Assembly: GCA_030704615.1 (NCBI GenBank)
Contig: CM060731.1
Location: 53,382,001 to 53,446,000 of the forward strand
DNA: 64,000 bases
Origin: Takakia lepidozioides
Taxonomy: Eukaryota > Plantae > Bryophyta
Direction of reading: 5' to 3'
The notes under the pieces were generated by a model, which saw only the letters and a program-made list of their open reading frames with translations, ran no database searches and was not told the origin of the DNA. Every line of letters begins with the position of its first letter. Position 1 is the first letter of the stretch. The translations under genes and the position numbers were made by a program. This document shows positions 1 to 11,500 of this stretch, piece by piece.

Positions 1-160
1 CATACATCCTTGCCTTGCTGCTAGCAGCTACGATGATAGCCTAGATTTGCTCTAGGAAACACCCAACTCAACTTATCACACTAGTTCCTATGCTCAATTG
101 CATCTGCTACTCTCTATAATCCAACAAGCATTCACCTTCTTGCCTCGATTGTCCCACTCG
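1..160 (-). pseudogene. Inverted partial copy of the OSB-type PDF-motif cassette (EWDNRGKK plus following intron-like sequence)
   Basis: Reverse complement matches about 3765-3920; translation EWDNRGKKVNACWI matches the copy at 3770. Confidence 0.6.
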
Positions 161-329
161 GTCAAAACACTCATACTGGTAGATCCAAAAACATGTTGTT
201 GGGAACTCAGCAGAAATTCGTCCACAGGGTCCCGGTGAGGCCAGTGCATCCGAGTCTGTTGCACAATCCAGGAAACAGACTGGCTGTTAGTCTCCTGGAT
301 AGTTTGCTCGGCCATCTGCTGAGTGGGTT

Positions 330-660
330 CGTCAGTGTGCTGCATAGTCTGCTGAGGGGCAATCTGCTGGCTGGATTCGTCGGTCTGCTGCACGGTCTGC
401 TGAGGTGCAAACTGCTGGCTGGATTCGTCGGTCTGCTGCACGGTCTGCTGAGGGGCAATCTGCTGGCTGGATTCGTCGGTCTGCTGCACGGTCTGCTGAG
501 GGGCAATCTGCTGGCTGGATTCGTGGGTCTGCTGCACAGTCTACTGAGGGGCAATCTGCTGGCTGGATTCGTCGGTCTGTTGTACAGTCTGCTGAGGGGC
601 AGTCTAGTGGCCATGTTCGCTGGTCTGCTACACAGTCGGCTGAGGGGCAGTCTGTTGGCC
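330..660. repeat. 48-bp minisatellite, about 6 copies
   Basis: Unit ctgaggggcaatctgctggctggattcgtcggtctgctgcacggtctg recurs at about 352, 400, 448, 496, 544 and 592. It explains the repetitive ORFs on both strands (QQTVQQTDESSQQIAP). Confidence 0.9.
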
Positions 661-1964
661 GGTCTGCTGCAAAGTCTGCAAAGTTCGCTGCCCGCTCAGT
701 ACTATTTGCACATACTGAGTATGTGTGTGCGGGGCAGTCGCTGATTCTGAATTACAGTAGGAGGTCATGAAAGTGCTTGAGTGCTATGGAATGGGTGTCT
801 TTGCTGGTGAAGTGTTGCTGGTGTACTGCCTTTAGATGTTGCACATGCCAACGGTACAATCATTAAAGTAGGGGATGTCTTGTGTGAAGAGATGGTGAAA
901 GGATTGTTGAACTTAGTTGGAAGGAGGACACAAATGAAGGATAATGGGAAAGAATGCCAATGACATATGAAGAGGGCAATGTACCTACTATGGGGGTAGG
1001 CTGTAGCTTTTCTGAAAGAAGATATCAGGTGGCATGCATTTGTTCCCTACTGCTTGTATCAATCAGCTTAGGAACATTCATAGACTGAGATCTGCAATCA
1101 GTGGGGCATAAGGGTCTTTCAAATAGTTAAAATGCAGTTTTAAATGAGGAGTTAAAAGTGGGGGCTCTGTGATATCATGCCTTCTTCATGCAAAGGGAAA
1201 GAGAAGATAAATTTGAAATAGAGAAGCTAGGGTTTTGCATTTTCATTTAAGTAGATGTGAATGATGTCAAAACACCATGCATCAGTGTACAATCCATGGG
1301 CAGGATATGAAGGGGTAGCAATGTCATGCCAAAGGGGATCTGTTTCTTAGATAGATGTAGTATTAATAAAGAAGGAAAATGAGAGCTCATGTGTAGAAAC
1401 TAGGGCCTTTGCATTCTGGTTTACAGTAGAATAACTGGCACACATATTTCTGCATCACTTACCTAGTCCAAGTATGGGCCAGTGGGGTATCTCTGATATG
1501 TTTACACTGTGGATAGGATCTGAATCTGTATAAGGATCAGAATGTACACCCTGTGATTTTCCAATGATGACATCTGTAGGGAAGAAGAACCCTGACATAT
1601 ATGATGATTTGTTCACTAAAGAGACCCAATAACAATTTAGATAACCTCATCCCTGTCCATGTCTTCTCTTCCGCTGCGGCGTGGATAAGGGTATAAAGTC
1701 TCTAGTCATAAATAGATTTAAAATGAATTAAGTAGGGTCTGAATCATTTTAGAAAGAGCAAGTAGGTTGATGTCATAGGGCAGGGCCATGGATCACTACT
1801 CAAGAAACAGTTAACTATAGTTTACCAGAAGGGTTTCATGCCCCTTCTTTTTCACACTACAGTGTGGCTTTTCCTTGATGTAGGATGTGAAGTGTCCATC
1901 CTGCAAATGTGGGCTTTTGGCTCCTGTTAGTACGGTATTCTTCCTGATGTTTACAAGGTTCTTG

Positions 1965-2570
1965 GGAGAATCAGCTTGGTCTTAGCAGCCCACTGATTCA
2001 TTTCCTGATTCAACCTATTTCAACCTGTTTTGCCCTCTTATCAGACTCGGGCCTGATATTCATATTGGATTCTGTAAGTTAGCTCGTTGGTGCAAGATAG
2101 AGAGTCAGCTTGGTCTTAGCAGGCCGTGATGGCACCTTCTTCTTCAACCTATTTCAGCCTGTTTTGCCCTCTTATCAGACTCGGGCCTGATATTCATATT
2201 GAATTCTGTAAGTTAGCTCGTTGGTGCAAGATAGAGAGTCAGCTTGGTCTTAGCAGGCCGTGAGGGCACCTTCTTCTTCAACCTATTTCAGCCTGTTTTG
2301 CCCTCTTATCAAACTCAGGCCTAATATGCATATTGAATTTTGTTAAATTAGCTCGTTGGTGCAAGAGAGAGAGTCAGGTTGGTCTTAGCAGGCCGTGAGG
2401 GCACCTTCTTCTTCAACCTATTTCAGCCTGTTTTGCCCTTTTTTCAGACTCGGGCCTGATATGCATATTGAATTCTGTAAGTTAGCTTGTTGGTGCTAGA
2501 GAGAGAGTCAGGTTGGCTGATATGCATATTGAAATCTGTAAGTTAGCTCGTTGGTTCAAGAGAGAGTTCC
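1965..2570. repeat. About 134-bp tandem repeat, 4-5 copies
   Basis: agagtcagcttggtcttagcag recurs at 2101, 2235 and 2370, with a partial unit at 2504. Parts of the unit reappear near 2645, 3010, 3190, 3550 and 44460-44720. Confidence 0.9.
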
Positions 2571-3289
2571 TACAAATCCTTTGGAAGGAAGCTCTTCTAT
2601 AGCAATGGCTCTGCAGAGGTGGGGAGGAACCCAGTCCATGGAGAACAGCTTGGTCTTAGCAGGCCGTGCCTTGTTCAAAGCTGGAATTGTACCTAATGTC
2701 ATCCTGAACACTGCCTGGCAGCTCTGGAAAAAGGGAAAGAGATCGACATGTTTGCAAAATGAAGGCCTTGCTTGGTGCCTGCAGAATCCATGGCAATGTG
2801 GAGATGACTGAACGTGCGGCATGAAGGTACCTTTTTCAACACATTTCACCCTATTTTTCCCTGTTACCAGAGTAGTCCCTAAATTTTCATGTAGAATTCT
2901 GCAAGTTAGCTCATTTGTGATGTGAGGTTGCATGAGTTTCGTCCATCTTGCAAAGGTGGGCTCTTCGTACCTGTGAGTACCATGATTTGGTGTTTACAAG
3001 GTTATTGGGAGAGTCAGCTTGCAGGTCTTAGCAGGCTGTGTTTCAATCTCTCCCTGCTCAGCTGCACCGTGGTGGTTCTCACAGACCAATCCGACATTAC
3101 CTGACTACAGACAAACAACACGCACAAGAGGTCATTTTGGGGTGATGGTCGGTCAAATCCTCCATGGGTCAAGGACAATGTGGTGAGGGCACGTTTCAGC
3201 CTGTTTTGCCCTCTCATCAGACTTGGCCCTGAGATGCATGTTGAATTCTACATGGGTGATAAGTAGGGTTGGGTGTTTGCTGGAACAAT

Positions 3290-3540
3290 TGTAGGCTGTC
3301 CTTGTCAGCCGCTAGCAGCAAGTGAAGGATGTATGCATGATTTGTGCAGAGCTTGGATAGCTGAGGGAACAGGGGTAGAGTCTGGCCGGTCTAGATTCAT
3401 CCAAGAGGGCGGGACTTCAAGCTCACGATTACCTATAATTCCCTGTGGATCAATAGTTGCAAGAAACCTGCATGGGTAGATGATCAAATGGAAGCCGCAA
3501 CAGCAGCGGTACAATTGATAAAATCAGGCACTGCTAATGA
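3290..3540 (+). pseudogene. Degenerate duplicate of the second half of the PDF motif
   Basis: Similar to 3875-4110 (attcatccaagagggcgggacttcaagctc...). Confidence 0.55.
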
Positions 3541-3722
3541 AGCCACCTTCTTCAACACATTTTCATCCTGTTTTTCCCTCTTATCAGAATTGGCCCTAAA
3601 TTTTCATGTTGAATTTTGCAAGTTAGTTGGTTGAGTGAACCTTTGATAGTTTGGAGTGACTTTGATACGGTACTGCCAATGTGACAACAGGGAAGTATCC
3701 AGTTCTAAACAGGTAACAGCTG

Positions 3723-4430
3723 AGACGAGGAGAAGTTGTGGAATGATACTTTTCTGACCCCAGTCAATGGTGGGACAATCGAGGCAAAAAGGTGAATGCC
3801 TGTTGGATTACAGAGAGTAGCAGATGCAATTGACCATAGTGATAAGTTGAGTTGGATGTTCCCTAGAACAAATCTAGGCTGTCATTGTCAGGTGCTAGCA
3901 GCAAGGCAAGGATGTATGCATGATTTGTGCAGCGGCATTGATAGCTGAAGGAGCAGGGATAGAGTCTGGGTCCAGATTCATCCAAGAGGGCCGGACTTCA
4001 AGCTCCAGATTACCTATGATTCCATGTGGATCAATAGCTATAAGAAACCTGCTGCATGGGTAGATGGTCAACTAAAGGTAGCAGCTGCAGCGGCACAGTT
4101 GATAAAATCAGGCACCCCAACCATGACCACAGCTTCTGAAAGAGGATCAAGAGAGGTGGCTGAACGAGATGTGGTCTTTTGGAGTGCCATGATTGCAAGG
4201 TATGTGTAGCATGGGTATGGGATTAAGGCTTTGGAAACCTAGGAGCAAATGATGTGGGATGAGATGAAGCAAGACCAGGTCATGTTCATTTGTGTTTGTA
4301 ATATGCATATGGGAGCCTAGCAGCCCTGGGAAGGGGCAAAGAGGTTCATGGTGACATTATCAAAGCTGGTATTGTACCAGATGTCATTCTGAACATTCCC
4401 CTGGTGTACATCTATATCAAATGTGAGCCT
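3723..4430 (+). pseudogene. OSB-type PDF motif joined to PLS-class PPR repeats, degenerate
   Basis: EKLWNDTFSDPSQWWDNRGKK, then a GT..AG intron, then IHPRGPDFKLQITYDSMWINSYKKPAAWVDGQLK. This is followed by RDVVFWSAMIARYV*HGYG..ALE and GKEVHGDIIKAGIVPDV..N..LV..Y.KC (PPR consensus) with stops and frameshifts. Confidence 0.7.
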
Positions 4431-4669
4431 GACAGCCCTGGCCAGAGAAGAGCATAAAGAGGGCTTACAATTTCGTTCGCCCGGGCGTAGACATTGCTGG
4501 CAATGAGAAGAAGGCAGGAAAGCAGTTCGGTGTTCCTAGCATGCATGCGGAGACGCCGTGTAGAAGTTAGGCTTAGACTTTTATCATGGCCGGATTTTGT
4601 TGACAGTGTTCCAGCACTTACTCTTTGGGATTTTATTTTATTTTGTGGAGCTTGAATCCCCAATGGTAC

Positions 4670-5554
4670 TTCTTTCACTACAATAGTGGTATGTGTTCCT
4701 CTAGTCATGTTCCTAATCACTTGCACACCACTGTAATAGTGGTATAATTTAAAACTGTAAGAGTAGCCAAATACACACAATTGCCTCCATTTCCACTCCT
4801 GTAGTGGTATAAATAATCACCTATATATTACTGTATTAGTGGTATGAATTCCTCCAGTGGTATTCCTAATCACTTACACACCACTCTGTTAGTAATCATT
4901 CCAATCCATAGGTCCCACTCAGAGAGACACCGAGGATGATTCAAACAGCTTACATACCACTATGTGGGTAATCATTCCAATGACCTGCTAAGAGACGTCA
5001 TCCACTCACATAACCACGGTTTGAGTGATATTGTATATTCTCAGTTTTCATAGAATGACTCTGTGAGTCATTTCGCGATCACTCAACAAGTGGTTTCGGA
5101 AGTCATTGAATTTTTCACTCCATCCATTTTGTAGCACCGACACAGGACACGTGTCCATGCTGAGAGTGTCGCCACGTGTCAACATAATATCCAATATCAT
5201 CCACGGACCACCGACTTTCACGTGTCCACTAGAAAACGGAAGTGGTTACTTTACCACTATGACACGTCAGTTTACCACTGTGACACGTCAGAAGTGGTTG
5301 GTTTAACTTAGTGATACATCATTGACACGTCACAATGGTTAATTTACCACTATGACATGTCAGCGAACAGGTGGACCCCGACGTGGGTGGTTCGAACCAC
5401 TGTCCTTAACCACTGATGCCACGTAATGTCTTTTACCACTCACTTGTCCTAATCCACTGGTTCTTCATCACTCTGGGGCCAGAGTGGTTTAGTGTCTTTT
5501 ACCACTCAAAATGAGTGGTTAACAAAGTGGTTATTCCGCGTTTTTCTTCTAGTG
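4670..5554. mobile_element. Terminus of a CACTA (En/Spm) DNA transposon
   Basis: Ends in ...cgcgtttttcttcTAGTG at 5554, preceded by dense ACCACT/AGTGGT subterminal repeats. The matching other end was not identified. Confidence 0.55.
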
Positions 5555-5585
5555 GGACACGACTTTTTGAGAGGGGAAGGGATAA

Positions 5586-6605
5586 TGTTAGAGGGCTGTC
5601 TGGGACTTAGACAGTTTTATGGGTTCTGAGGGGTACCCTTAATTTTGCGCAGACCTACGGGTGGTAGACTCAGTCCAACATAGGCCTTAGGGGTGACGGA
5701 CACAGACCTTAGGGGTGGCACACAGGCTCACACAGTCAGTCACAATCTTACACAGCCTATCACAGCCTATCACAGTCAATCACAGCCTATCACAGCCTGT
5801 CACAGTCAAACACAGCCTAACACAGCGTGACACAGTCAATCACAGTCCGACACAGCTTGGCACAGTCCGTCACAACGTTCACAATGAACGGTTATCATTG
5901 GCAGGGAACGACTATGTGGGAACAACAACAGAGGGAACGTGCGTTCTGTCTTGGATGACAGTAAGTTAGGCGGTTAGTACAGCTTGCAGGAAGAATAGGC
6001 AGAGTAGCTACAGGGAGGGGGTCACTTCTTAGATCAATTCTTGGGCATGGGTTCTGGCATCACGATGGAGAGCACGATCTTGGAGCACAAGAATGGAGAT
6101 TACACAGAGGAGGAGAAACGACGAGATGATGCTGGATACATGCAAATTGTAGAGATGCACTGTAGAGCAGATTAGAGACACCATGGCTTCAGCCTGATAC
6201 ATGATAGATATTAATATGATTCATATTTCATACTCACACCGTGTAGAGAGAAATGAGTGAAGCTGTGGAATGAATGCTTGAGTAGATGAAACATGGTAGA
6301 TTGGAGAAGCAATCTGATACTTAATCATAGACAGTAAGGTAACTTGCTAACATGAATACGAGAAGGAATACAAATAGTAAGCACCCCCATGATACATTAG
6401 TTGTAGGTCATGACTGATTGTTCTGAGTGGGAGGAGTACTTAGAGATATCCAACTCTTCTATCTTGGAGTTTCCACCTCGGATAGCGAAGGGATGGGTGA
6501 GTAAAAGCCGTTCGACAGTATTCATTCCAGAGCTTCTCTTCTCTCTATTATCTGTGAAAAAGGTTGTGCATCATGTAGGATCTCCTCTGAGATCGGTGTG
6601 TGACA
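5586..6605 (+). mobile_element. Probable 3' LTR of an unrelated LTR retrotransposon
   Basis: Polypurine tract gagaggggaagggataa lies immediately before TGTTAG at 5586; plausible end tgtgaCA at 6605. No partner LTR is in the window. Confidence 0.4.
5718..5872. repeat. 10-bp cacagNNNNN minisatellite
   Basis: cacagcctat/cacagtcaat variants in tandem. Confidence 0.8.
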
Positions 6606-6959
6606 CCCCTCCGCGCTCAACCACGCTGGGGCATCATCGTCACTTCCTCGCGCTACAAGACACGGTTATTTTTCGGGCATTTCGGGCAGTCCGGGCAGAT
6701 TAAATTTTTTTGATGACGTACGTGGCGACGATGACGTGGTTATGATGACATGGCTACAAAATGTGGCGATGATGATGTGGCACTAAGGCACCCTATATCT
6801 GCTCTACGCTAAACTAGTTCTCGACCTTCGGTCGTCGCTAGAATTTAAGGTATTGTTTACCCCCCTATGTATGTATAATGTTGTACATGGGGGATTAAAA
6901 ATACCCCCTCCTATGCACGCACGTGGCTGGTACAGATTGGCTGGGTTGCACCCCCCAGG

Positions 6960-7996
6960 CCATCATGTCTGCAAGTTTAGTGAACTCCAAGTGTCTCTTG
7001 GGGTTGTGGGCAAAGTAGACATGGCTAGTCTGAAGCAAAGCTTCAATGCTGCTAAAAAGCCCCAATTGAGATAGTGTCTTGAAGGCCAAATTGCACTTAT
7101 GAGCCATGCAATGCACCCCCATACAAAATGGAGCATGCTTTGAAGCAATTTGTTTGATAACCCCATTCCTTACACCTTGAATGGTACTGACTCCATTAGC
7201 CCCAAAGCACAACAATTTTCTAGCTATGCCACTATCTGAAAGTCCTCCACCAGTCCTCAAAAGCATCCATGAAAACAAGGATCAAGTTATCAGCCCCTGA
7301 CCCATCCACAATTTTCTGAAGGGAGACCATCATGGGGACTCTTACCCAGTTTTGCATGACATAGACATGTATGCTGATCCAAGAGCTGTTATCCACGCTT
7401 GTGACCTCATCACAGGTCAGTGCCACATACTTGGCAGCCCTCACACATGACACCATTATCTCCTTCACTCCATTGTACATGCACTCAGCCATGATCCAAC
7501 CTGATGTGTCACTCCAATGCATCCTTGGGTTGTTCTGGACCTCAAGAAAGACAAACAAACTTTGCATTCTCTCATACTCAGTCATGGACATCCACTCCAA
7601 TTGGAACGTTCGGGTCAAGTCATAGTTGGGCTTGGACTTTTTCTTTGGTACAGATCCCTGCAAATCGTCCTCTTCCTCAGAAGATACCACCAGAGTTTCA
7701 TGAGCATTTTCAGAAGAGTCAAACAGTAATACCACTGGTGGTGGGGGTGAGGGAACAGACAATTGAGAGTGTGTACTAATAACCTGTTCATTCAGCCTAG
7801 AATTGGACGAGTCTGAACTACCCCGTCCCTTAACATCACACGGCAAAGGCATGGAATCACAAACCAAACGCAGGAGCTGGGCATTGCCCATATTCCTAGA
7901 GGTCACCAAGTACTTGTCAAGGAAGGAATGCGGAGGCATGCGCTTAGCAGTAGGTTTCGGCATTGCCCGTTGTCTCAAGAAGCCAAGACTGCCCAC
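6960..7996 (-). pseudogene. hAT-family (ZNF862-like) transposase remnant
   Basis: YVALTCDEVTSVDN (first catalytic D), FGANGVSTIQG and VHCMAHKCNLA (CxxH). Frameshift near 7250; C-terminus truncated. Confidence 0.8.
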
Positions 7997-8466
7997 AAAA
8001 AGCCAATTTCACTGCACTACAACATGCACAACCTCTCTTGAGAATTTGCAACCCCAAAACACATGAACTAATCAAGTATGGTACTAATGAACATAAGGCA
8101 CAAATCACTGAGGACAGTGGAAGCACTGAGCTTCAGCCATTCTCTTTGTAATTGTAAGCCAATCTCCAAAACCCAGAAGTTTAGTGAAGCAAACAACCAA
8201 TTTTCTCAACTTATAGTAATGCACCTAAGATTCACCTTCACTGCCAGTCTCCCATGGAGAATCCACCTTGGGAGAATCCAAGGATCAAGCCACAAAACAC
8301 ACAGTAAAGGAAATGGCGGCGTAGAGGGTGAATGCAGTGTATCTTGCCTGCCGACCCCGTCACTTTTCCTTCATTGCGCCGCCACCCCTCCTCCGCAACA
8401 GCAAAGCAGCATATCAGCGGCCCGCCCACATTCAAGCAGCGTTGAAGGCCGCTCCAAAGTTTTGTA

Positions 8467-9002
8467 CAGTCGACCTTGGATAAATGTTATCTGCTTTTTT
8501 GTTATGTTATCCTTAATGTTATGAAATCTTGGCTCTGTAAAAATTTACACTTGAAAACAAAAACATAACATAAACATAATGGTTTTGAAAACATAATAGT
8601 TTTGAAAATAGATATTACCTCAACAATTTCTTTTGACCTCCCTCAAAATCTATTGTTGAGGTAATTTAAGAAAAAAAAGAACAGAATAGTTTTGAAAATA
8701 GATATTATCTCAACAATTATTTTTGACCTCCCTCAAAAACTATTGTTGATGTAGTTTTCTTTTCTAAGAAAATATAATGGTTTTGAAAATAGATATTACC
8801 TCAACAATTATTTTTGACCTCCCTCAAAAACTATTGTTGAGGTAGTTTTTTTTTTTTTTTAAACATAATGGTTTTGAAAATAGATATTACCTCGATATAA
8901 TTTTCTCTTAAAAAAAACATAATGTTTGATATGTGAAAAAATTTAGCAGATATGTTATAATTTTTCTGCTCTATAGGCATAACAATTATCTAAGTTCGAC
9001 TG
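8467..9002. mobile_element. Tc1/mariner(pogo)-type MITE
   Basis: TA on both sides. TIRs cagtcgaccttggataaatgttat and (reverse complement) cagtcgaacttagataattgttat match at 21/24. AT-rich interior with three palindromic units. Confidence 0.8.
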
Positions 9003-9336
9003 TAACAACACCCTAATTCCTGGCGACAAGCCTCAGCACCTTGCGATCGAAGTAGGCGACACCATCTCTTTGGGCAATGCAGCGTTCTGGCGATGGCCAG
9101 CCCCTCCACCCCGCTCTGTGTGGTGATCTGACGGTGGAGGGTGGTGCACATGGTGAAATCTGGCTGGCCCCCGGCGCGATGGGGCACCAGCCCTTGGATT
9201 TAGGGCGTCGTGCCCCCTGTTCTCAGGCAAAAACGTAGGGTTCCCCTGATGCTTTTTGGCACTAGCTGGCCAGGCCCCTGCCTCGATTGGGCGATAAATT
9301 TAGATTTTGCCCCCGGAAATCGTAAAGGGGTGTCGC

Positions 9337-9376
<40 letters not shown>

Positions 9377-9904
9377 TTGGGTGCTATTTTGCTTTTTATT
9401 GATCTAAAAAGGAGGGGCTGATCTCCATCAACAATTTTTGTTGATTAATAGTTTCATATTTATGTGATGTTGACGCTCGTAGCAATCACTAATATGCAAA
9501 ACTAGACACAATTCATTTTGTTTCGCCCACGAAAGCGTGGGTAATGACCTATTCCCATAAGCACGTAACAATTCTGTAGCAAAATAAAACAACATCATGT
9601 CGTCCCTTATATGCAAAACCAAATACAACTCATTTTGTTTCGCCCACGAAACCATTGGATTATGACCTACACAACAATACCTTGAAATTTTCACCGGTGA
9701 AACCCAATATCTTGATTTTCGCTGGTGAAACCTATTGTTTGTCTCATTATATTAAATTGTTCAATTATTGTTTGGTGTATTTTGGATGGTGTTGAATATT
9801 GTGACTCTGTTTTTTCCTAATGTGTTATTCTTTTGTAGGATACCAAAGCTATAAATATGTGGAACTTGAGCTTGTAGATATACATTATGGGTGTCTATTT
9901 CGAG

Positions 9905-9924
9905 TTAGGGTTTAGGGTTTAGGG
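9905..9924 (+). repeat. Short interstitial plant telomere repeat (TTTAGGG) x3
   Basis: ttaggg tttaggg tttaggg. Confidence 0.7.
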
Positions 9925-10327
9925 ATAGCACAAAACCTTAAAAATGCACCGTGTCTCTATATCCGCCAATGGTTTTATTGGGTTTAGAAAACATATAACT
10001 CTTGTGACCGTGATTTAAAAGCATAAAACTCCCGTGACCGTGGGTTGTGCTCACGTTCTACCCCCCCGCAGTAGAGATGATGTTATGAAGAGTAGGACAT
10101 TGTTGAGTTAGCAAATTGCTTATCGGCGCACAAAGGATTCTGCAAATCAGACTGCAACGGAAAATATGGCAACGTGGTAGTTGGTCAGCTATATGACAGA
10201 AGTCAACGCTTATAAGGCATATTTGATTTCCATATCCATGGGAACGATGCTCAAACCAAGATCACTAAATATAAGCTACTAAGTTTGTGTGAGTGCATTT
10301 GCAATAGGGAGAGATTTCTACTAACCT

Positions 10328-10682
10328 TGTCAGGTTAAATAAGCACAGTGTGAAAACAGCTAGAATAAAACCAGTTATTTGTATTTAACACTTGGATTTA
10401 GGTCAAGTGTTAAATCAGGTGTCAAGTTTAGTTTGACACCTGGTCCGTCTTATCTTCACGAGAGCGGCAGTCGCGCAGCTCATCTCTCTCGAGTTGAGCC
10501 TGCGCGACCGAGCTCCTTCATGCATTTAGATTTGAGTGTGCTTATGATGGGAGTGTAGGTTGTTGTGGGGTGGAGTCCCCATAGCTTGGGGTGCCCCTGG
10601 CTCGACTTCTGTTTTAAAGAGTGATAGCGATGGATTCATGTTGTTTCTGGTGTGAGCAGTGTGTTTTCTAGTTTTCTTATCA
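10328..10682 (+). repeat. Terminal repeat A1 (355 bp)
   Basis: Matches 21780-22134 with 3 transitions seen by eye (10372, 10464, 10524); bounded by TG...CA. Confidence 0.95.
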
Positions 10683-10695
10683 CTCGAGAGAGATG
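10682..10695 (+). promoter_or_regulatory. Candidate self-priming primer-binding site
   Basis: actcgagagagatg is the exact reverse complement of catctctctcgagt at 10481-10494 inside repeat A. No TGG-type tRNA PBS follows A1. Confidence 0.7.
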
Positions 10696-11107
10696 CTCTC
10701 TTACCTGTGAGTGCAAGGTAGGAGTTGAGTGTTAGCACTTGCAAGATTACTTGTGTGTAAGTAGTGCTTAGTTTGAGAAGCATATCATTGAATGTGACCA
10801 CAAGATTCAGCGTGCCCTGAAACGCCTGGAGGATGACGATGCTAGAGCCGTCACTGTTGTTGCAGTCGCTGAAGCTACCAAGTCACCAGAGGCTTTGGAG
10901 TACACAAGGCAAATCAAGGAGAAGATGAAAGCTGCGGAGTACATGGATCTGGATGGGAAGCAGACAACAAAATTCGGATAATGGAGGACGTGGAAGTAAA
11001 AAACTGGCAGCAGCCGATGAACACCAAGACAAACACGGCAGCTCGCATTCCAGGCACAAGAAGAATATAGGCGGAAGCAAGATGCACTGCGAAGGCGACA
11101 GGCACAA

Positions 11108-11500
11108 GTGGGTGGAAACGCTTTATCTTTGAGTGATCTCGAGTTCGTAGCATTCTTGACTGAGGAGGGTACGATTGCAGATTGCAGCAAACCTGACTCG
11201 AAGGCAAGTGTGTATGCCATTTTTTATGAGGAAAAGATTATATATTACGTTGGTGTCTCAAGACAGGCTTATCAGAGTATGAGGCTACGCTTTGCACGCA
11301 AGCCGCTACAATGCTGGTATGTGAAGGTGCAGAATGAGAACCGTCCAGCCGAGCTCTACTTGAAAGCATTCGAGACAAATGGATCTCTGAGAATGGTGCA
11401 GTTCCCAGCGGAAATGACAATGGGAAGTTGCAAAATATTTAGGAGAACCCACTGGATTGCAAACCTCTCATGAGAGAAGAAGAGAAGCTGAAGGTTGAAG
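11108..11500 (+). pseudogene. GIY-YIG endonuclease-like domain (AtGRXS16-N / cyanobacterial type), frameshifted, inside the retroelement
   Basis: SVYAIFYEEKIIYYVGVSRQAYQSMRLRFARKPLQCWYVKVQ..RP; after a frameshift near 11348 it continues SRALLESIRDKWISENGAVPSGND...*ENPLDCKPLMREEEK. Confidence 0.7.

Noticed and set aside
94-770. Four overlapping ORFs of 121-183 aa
   Set aside because: Products of a stop-free 48-bp minisatellite; no protein evidence.
1965-2570. Regularly spaced repeats resembling a CRISPR array
   Set aside because: Whole units are repeated with no unique spacers, there are no cas genes, and the context is eukaryotic.
6811-6842. Helitron 3' end (short hairpin next to CTAG)
   Set aside because: The stem is only about 5 bp, and no Rep/helicase or 5' end was found.
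9340-9375. 36-nt poly-T as a retroposon tail
   Set aside because: No associated element body or TSD was identified.
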